Shown here: piece after piece, positions 59,013-64,000 of the stretch | Numbering within the stretch: the stretch's first letter is position 1 | How the letters are laid out: every line of letters starts with the position of its first letter | Source: an uncultured Desulfobacula sp. | GTDB lineage: Bacteria > Desulfobacterota > Desulfobacteria > Desulfobacterales > Desulfobacteraceae | Length of the DNA stretch: 64,000 nucleotides | NCBI GenBank assembly: GCA_963674905.2 | Contig: CAXXXR010000002.1 | Coordinates: 2,658,588-2,722,587, forward strand | Direction of reading: 5' to 3' | Program-made: the position numbers and the translations under genes | Notes under the pieces: model-generated | The model's input: the letters and a program-made list of their open reading frames with translations, nothing else | What the model was told of the DNA's origin: nothing | Database searches by the model: none

Positions 59013-59087
59013 CGGTTTGAGTTGATTCGCTTTAAGTTCGTCTGATCCTAATTTGTCCGATCTTAGTTCATCCGATTTTAGTTCATC
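59013..59087 (-). repeat. Five degenerate 15-bp tandem units spanning the SBP stop codon
   Basis: gatgaactaaaatcg / gatgaactaagatcg / gacaaattaggatca / gacgaacttaaagcg / aatcaactcaaaccg. Confidence 0.75.
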
Positions 59088-60346
59088 CAGGGCGGCAGTA
59101 GAATGCTGCCTTTGGCAATGCTTTTGGGGTATACGACGATCCGCTTGCCGTTCTGCCACTGGAGAATGGACCCCACGGCCCCCTCTTTGGGGTCCAGGGC
59201 CGTGATGACCTGGTGGGTTTTGGGATCAAACCTCAGCCTGCCGTAAACTCCCATGATATCGATTTGCTCAAGGGCCGTCACCACCTTGTCCGACTTGAGT
59301 GTTCCCGCTCTTTCAATGGCGTCCTTTAAGGCATAGACCGCCATGTAGGAACTGGATGATCCCAGGCCTTCAGGTTCAACTCCCCATTTTTGGGTATAGG
59401 CATCATAAAATTTCATGGTCCATTCCGTGGCATCGGAAGGGGCGTTCCCGGCATTGACCACGTTGCACAGGGTATACTCTCCCTTGCCCTCGGTGGCGTC
59501 CCAGAAACCCGGTTGTTCCGCTGCCGCCAGAGTGGAACCAAAGGGCAGGGCCGGGATTTTCAGATCATACCACTGCTTGAGCAGGATGGCGCTTTCCGGC
59601 ATGTCCATCCAGATATTGATGATCTGGGAACCCGTGGATTTAACCTTTAACAGGGCCATGGAATAGTCGGTGGTGCCGGTGGGGAAGATTTCAGTACCCG
59701 TGACCTCAAATCCCTTGGATCCGGCCACCTTCCCCATGACTTCGGCCGCTCCCCTGGCATGGGATACATCCTGGGCCATGATAAATACCTTGGTCAGCCC
59801 GTATTCTTCCTTGAGGTCTTTAAAGTTGGCGATCATTTCACCGATCAGGTTGACCGCTTCCCCGTGAATCCTAAAACAATATTTAAATTTGTCGTATTTT
59901 TCCGCCACCATTTTATGATATTTCGGGGTCAGGACCCCGGAGGTGACAATGGAGACCCGTTTGTATTTGGCCAGCAGAGACATGGCGGCCAGGGCCGCTT
60001 CCGACCGGTTGGGTCCGCCCAGGATAAAATCGGCTTTTTTGTTTAAGATCAGTCGTTCAAGGGCCATCAGGGCTTCACTCACCGGGACTCCGGGCTCAAG
60101 ATCCCGGGTGTCGATGACTTCCACGGCAAAGGGTCTTTTCTTGCCCTTTACATCCACCCCGCCGGCGGCGTTGATTTCATCCACGGCAAGTTTGATGCCC
60201 CTTTCCGCGTCCCATCCATAAACATAGGCTGTTGACAGAGGTGCCCCTAAAATAATGGGTTTTTCCGCAAAGGCCAGGGTTCCCCACACCAGTAAAAACA
60301 TGGATACAAAAAGGGCGAGATAACTTTTAAATCTGCTACGCTTCAT
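59078..60346 (-). CDS. HAAT-family (type I PBP) ABC substrate-binding protein
   Basis: Signal peptide; ERGIKLAVDEINAAGGV, TTDYS and GVYGRLRFD. Confidence 0.9.
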   Translation of the reverse strand: MKRSRFKSYLALFVSMFLLVWGTLAFAEKPIILGAPLSTAYVYGWDAERGIKLAVDEINAAGGVDVKGKKRPFAVEVIDTRDLEPGVPVSEALMALERLILNKKADFILGGPNRSEAALAAMSLLAKYKRVSIVTSGVLTPKYHKMVAEKYDKFKYCFRIHGEAVNLIGEMIANFKDLKEEYGLTKVFIMAQDVSHARGAAEVMGKVAGSKGFEVTGTEIFPTGTTDYSMALLKVKSTGSQIINIWMDMPESAILLKQWYDLKIPALPFGSTLAAAEQPGFWDATEGKGEYTLCNVVNAGNAPSDATEWTMKFYDAYTQKWGVEPEGLGSSSSYMAVYALKDAIERAGTLKSDKVVTALEQIDIMGVYGRLRFDPKTHQVITALDPKEGAVGSILQWQNGKRIVVYPKSIAKGSILLPPWMN

Positions 60347-60388
60347 ACGAATTCTCCTTTTGTTGACACGTTGTTGTTATGGGCCTTA

Positions 60389-61462
60389 CTATTGTTGGCT
60401 GTCGCGTTCACTGAGGGTGAAAGTGGAAAACAAATCTTCGTCAACACTATCGACCCGGTTCCTGATCGTCATGAAATCATCAAAATGATGGATAAAAATA
60501 TCAAGGAGTTCCGGGTCAAAGTGTTCGCCCCTTTCTTTTTTCATGATATCAAAGGTGACCTGGGGAGGATAGGGATCTTTATAGGGCCGTTTGGAGGTGA
60601 TGGCATCAAAGGTGTCGGCAATGGCGACAATCCGGCCGGAGATGGGGATGTCGGTTCCCTTCAGCCCGTTGGGATATCCCTTTCCATTGAATTTTTCATG
60701 GTGGGTCAGGGCGATTTCCTGGGCCATCTGGAGAATTTTTGATTTGGACCGGGACAAGAGCCTGGCCCCGATCTGGGCATGGGTTTTAATGGTTTCAAAC
60801 TCGATATGGTTGAGTTTTCCCGGCTTTAACAGAATCTTGTCCGGGATGCCTATTTTTCCGATATCGTGCATGGGCGCGGCATAGTAAATGGTTTCGATAA
60901 AATCGTCGGAAAGGTTTAACTTTTCCGCCATGAACGAACAATACTGCCCGATTCTCACGATGTGATCCCCGGTGTCTTCATCTTTGTACTCCGCCGCCAT
61001 GACCAGGCGGTGGATGGAGTCGATATAGGAGATCTTAAGTTCTTCGTGGGCTTTTTTTGCAATCTGCTTCAGGCTTCTTTCCCTCAGCACACGGTCGATT
61101 CTGAGAATGATTTCCCGGGGTGAAAAGGGTTTTTGCACAAAATCACTGGCACCGATGGTGATGATTTCATCATACTGGTAGTCCCGGATCTGTCCGGTCA
61201 TGACAATGACATCTGCTGTATAATCGGATTTGATGATTTTGGCCAGCTCAATCCCGTTGAGAATGGGCATGTCAATGTCGGTGACCACCACATCAAAGGG
61301 ATGTTGTGCCATCATTTCCAGGGCCTTTTCCCCATTTTCCGCAAATCGGCAGGGATATTGGGTCCTCTCTAATGTGTTTTCAAGCAGATCCCGTATCATG
61401 GGCTCATCGTCAACAATCAGAATACTGGCATTCGGGGAATCCGGAACAACAAAATCTTCCAT
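60389..61462 (-). CDS. Response regulator with HD-GYP output domain (RpfG-like)
   Basis: ILIVDDE...VVTDIDMP receiver domain; MHDIGK, HHEKFNGKGYP and ADTFDAITSKRPYK. Confidence 0.93.
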   Translation of the reverse strand: MEDFVVPDSPNASILIVDDEPMIRDLLENTLERTQYPCRFAENGEKALEMMAQHPFDVVVTDIDMPILNGIELAKIIKSDYTADVIVMTGQIRDYQYDEIITIGASDFVQKPFSPREIILRIDRVLRERSLKQIAKKAHEELKISYIDSIHRLVMAAEYKDEDTGDHIVRIGQYCSFMAEKLNLSDDFIETIYYAAPMHDIGKIGIPDKILLKPGKLNHIEFETIKTHAQIGARLLSRSKSKILQMAQEIALTHHEKFNGKGYPNGLKGTDIPISGRIVAIADTFDAITSKRPYKDPYPPQVTFDIMKKERGEHFDPELLDIFIHHFDDFMTIRNRVDSVDEDLFSTFTLSERDSQQ

Positions 61463-61731
61463 TATTTTTGCCTTGGTTAGGTTTTTTGTGGGTTATATTA
61501 CAAGATTATATCAAAAATGAAAACAGCAAATCCGGAAAACTCCGGGTGAATCTAAAAAAACATAGTGCCGCCGGGACAGAATCGTGTTGACGGCTTTGAT
61601 TATGGACTATTGCCGGATAAAATGATAAATAGAACAAAATTAACAAAGACAGGGCTCCGGAACGAGGCGCCCATGGAAAATTGATGAATCAATTCAGACG
61701 ATAATTTTATTAGATAACTTGAGACGATAAA

Positions 61732-63012
61732 ATGGAAAGATTTTTTGTGATTCTTGTTTCCGCTGCCGTTGGAACGGCCTTTTACCTGTGGTTTTCCCGG
61801 GCCGTTAAAACACAAACCATGCAGGCATTCATCCGTTCGCACCTGTGGTTGTTGCACCCCAACTCAATCTGCTATTGGCGGACCGCCATGGCCTTCCTGG
61901 GATTCTGCCTCTACTTTTCCAGCACCTATCAGGCCGCTGCCATCTTTATCTTTACCTTTGCGGCCATCCTTGACGGAGCCGACGGTGTGGTGGCCAGACA
62001 ATGTGATCTTGGGACCCTGTGGGGAGAGACCCTGGATCCCCTGTGCGACAAGCTCACCTACCTTCCCCCTTTGATCGGATTTGCCTATGCCGGGATCATC
62101 CGTCCGGACCTGGTGTGGATCCTTGTGATCATTGAATTTTCAGGCCAGTTTCTTGCCCGGCGGATACTGACCTGGATCAAGTTTTCCGGGGCAGCCAATA
62201 ATTTTGGAAAGATCAAGGCCATCATCTGTTTCGGTCTGGTGATCCTGTGCGCATTGATGGATAAAAATCCGGGACTGGTCAACATTGCCGACAGTATCCT
62301 TATGGCCTGTATTGTTCTTTCCTCGGCATCCGTGGTTTTTAAATTTATTCCCAACCGGCTCTATGCAGATATCCTTTCCATACTCAATTTTATCTGCGGC
62401 GTGACCAGTCTGGTTCTCACCCACCACCACTATTTTGCCTGGGCCATCTGCATTATCATCATCGGGCAGTTGTTTGACCTGTTTGACGGCCGCATGGCCT
62501 TAAAGCACGGGGGAACCAAGTATGGTCCATACCTGGATGATATTGCCGATTTTGTCAGCTTTGGACTGGCCCCGGCCTATGTGGTGGTGGAAAAAGGCGG
62601 ATCACTGGCCTGGCTTGTGGGAGCCCTCTTTATTTTCGGGGTGGGATACCGTCTGGTCCGGTTTGTGGCAAAGGATAAACGCAGGACCGACCTGCCCGAG
62701 GGGATCTTCAACGGACTTCCCAGTCCTGCCGGGGCCCTGATCGTTCTGGGGGCCTCCCTTGTTTCAGCCCCGGTGGTATTGTGGGGATTCACCCTTGCCT
62801 CAACCGGCCTGATGATCAGTCATATCCGTTTCGCTCATTTTGGACGCCTGATCCTCAAGCAGATTCCCAAGCCCGTGTTCTTCGTGATCAGTGCCGCCAT
62901 CATCATGACCCTGTCCTTTATTTTTAAAACACGGAATATCCAGATGTTTGGATTTCTCATCCTGGGGTCTGTCATGGTCTACATGGTTGTGGGTAGGAAG
63001 TGGGTCCACTGA
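61732..63012 (+). CDS. Protein with two tandem CDP-alcohol phosphatidyltransferase domains
   Basis: Motif 1 DGADGVVAR...G...DPLCD; motif 2 DLFDGRMA...G...DDIAD plus a PssA-like FNGLPSPAG. Confidence 0.85.
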   Translation: MERFFVILVSAAVGTAFYLWFSRAVKTQTMQAFIRSHLWLLHPNSICYWRTAMAFLGFCLYFSSTYQAAAIFIFTFAAILDGADGVVARQCDLGTLWGETLDPLCDKLTYLPPLIGFAYAGIIRPDLVWILVIIEFSGQFLARRILTWIKFSGAANNFGKIKAIICFGLVILCALMDKNPGLVNIADSILMACIVLSSASVVFKFIPNRLYADILSILNFICGVTSLVLTHHHYFAWAICIIIIGQLFDLFDGRMALKHGGTKYGPYLDDIADFVSFGLAPAYVVVEKGGSLAWLVGALFIFGVGYRLVRFVAKDKRRTDLPEGIFNGLPSPAGALIVLGASLVSAPVVLWGFTLASTGLMISHIRFAHFGRLILKQIPKPVFFVISAAIIMTLSFIFKTRNIQMFGFLILGSVMVYMVVGRKWVH

Positions 63013-63065
63013 TCGGGTTAAAAAATTTCAATCGCTTTGCTTCCATCAATTGGTTCGCAAGGCTG

Positions 63066-63998
63066 TTAAGGTTCAATGATTTTAAAGGACCCCCCTTCTG
63101 GGTGATCATTCTTAAATGCCTTTAACCGGGTGTCAAGATCATTGAACCTATCCCTGCCGGTGAGGGACACGCAGGCCCTTAGTCCCTCGTGGCGGTCACT
63201 GCCCGTGGTGGTCAGGGAGATGGCGCTGATACCGTAGTACAAGAGTTCTTCCACCAGCTCTACTCCGGAGAATCCCGGATATGAGAGGGTGAAGTAAAAC
63301 CCGTCGGCAATGGGTTCGCCCTCATCCATGTCATAGACAATGTTAAATCCGTTGTCCGTGAACAGTTTTTTCATGACCTTGGCCCGGTCCCCGTATTCTT
63401 TGACGGAATCCACAAAATTGTATTCGCCGCTGTTGACGGCCTTTAAGAGGCCGGCAAGTCCCCATTGATTGGAATGGGAAACCCCGGAGCTCAAGGCATA
63501 CATGGCCCCGAAGATATAGGCATACCCGAAGTTGTCAGACCCGAAAAAGGGTTCAAGGTTGTTGCCCCGGGAGTTGAAGAGCTTGTCCGGGATGGCGGTC
63601 ATGCCGATTCTCTGGCCGGCCAGGGAAAAGGACTTGGAGCTGGAGATCAGAAGGATATAATTGTCCGTATATTTGGCAACAGAGGGGATATACGGTGCCC
63701 GGCCCGGAACGGAATAGTCTTTCCGAAAATCCATGCCGAAATAGGCCAGATCTTCCATAACAATGCAGTCGTATCGGGTGGCCAGTTCTCCGATGATACT
63801 CAGTTCCTGCTCGGTGAAGCAGATCCAGGAGGGGTTGTTGGGGTTGGAGTACATGAGCGAGGCAATATCCCCTTTTTCAAGGAAAGATTCAAGCTTTGCC
63901 GCCAGTTTGTCCCCCCGGAATTCATACACGTCAAAGCTCTCATAGGGGGCCCCCAGTACGCCGGCCTGGCGCTTGTTGACCGGAAAACCCGGGTCCAG
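63066..63998 (-). CDS. PLP-dependent aminotransferase class I/II, 5' partial
   Basis: Frame is open to the window edge (LDPGFPV...); YSNPNNP, MEDLAY and SSSKSFSLAGQRIG. Confidence 0.9.
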   Translation of the reverse strand: MDPGFPVNKRQAGVLGAPYESFDVYEFRGDKLAAKLESFLEKGDIASLMYSNPNNPSWICFTEQELSIIGELATRYDCIVMEDLAYFGMDFRKDYSVPGRAPYIPSVAKYTDNYILLISSSKSFSLAGQRIGMTAIPDKLFNSRGNNLEPFFGSDNFGYAYIFGAMYALSSGVSHSNQWGLAGLLKAVNSGEYNFVDSVKEYGDRAKVMKKLFTDNGFNIVYDMDEGEPIADGFYFTLSYPGFSGVELVEELLYYGISAISLTTTGSDRHEGLRACVSLTGRDRFNDLDTRLKAFKNDHPEGGSFKIIEP

Positions 63999-64000
63999 GA

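Noticed and set aside
59013-59087. Tandem repeats as a mini-CRISPR array
   Set aside because: Units are 15 bp, contiguous, have no spacers, and there are no cas genes. No repeat-spacer array was seen anywhere in the window.
58689-59159. 156-aa alternative-frame ORF containing the DELKS repeats
   Set aside because: GTG start inside the SBP gene and a 300-bp out-of-frame overlap with livH; no support beyond the repeat.
1-64000. tRNA, rRNA, riboswitch or integrase/transposase genes
   Set aside because: No T-loop/CCA cloverleaf, rRNA-like tract, recognisable aptamer, or intact recombinase/transposase ORF was found by eye; covariance-model searches were not run.

Overview
This looks like a chromosomal window from a sulfate-reducing deltaproteobacterium (Desulfobacteraceae-like; inferred from gene content and protein style). 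It has about 47 CDSs and no rRNA, tRNA or CRISPR array that I can support. Housekeeping genes include panB plus a DUF2520/PanG-like gene, an M16C peptidase, rsmA, dapL, two moeA genes, uppP, PMM/PGM, a UvrD/PcrA helicase and typA, along with signalling proteins and two ABC uptake operons. Three regions stand out. (1) A visibly AT-rich island (about 21.5-28.0 kb) holds a MITE with a 3-bp target duplication, gene remnants, a 994-aa N6-adenine methyltransferase coupled to a small PD-(D/E)xK-like protein, a frameshifted integrase-core-like gene, and a higBA module bracketed by two attC-like sites; no integron integrase is in the window, so it looks like a CALIN. (2) A six-gene membrane operon (XpaC-like, TelA, DUF4178, lipoprotein with a Gly-rich GK tail, tandem DUF350, membrane-bound aminopropyltransferase) resembles PspA-associated polyamine systems but has TelA in place of PspA. 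(3) An Lrp-dgcA-dgcN-D-aminoacylase-dpp ABC operon is a variant of the D-glutamate N-acetylation/racemisation pathway, preceded by a 44-bp AT palindrome. All family assignments come from motif recognition only; no database search or computation was run.
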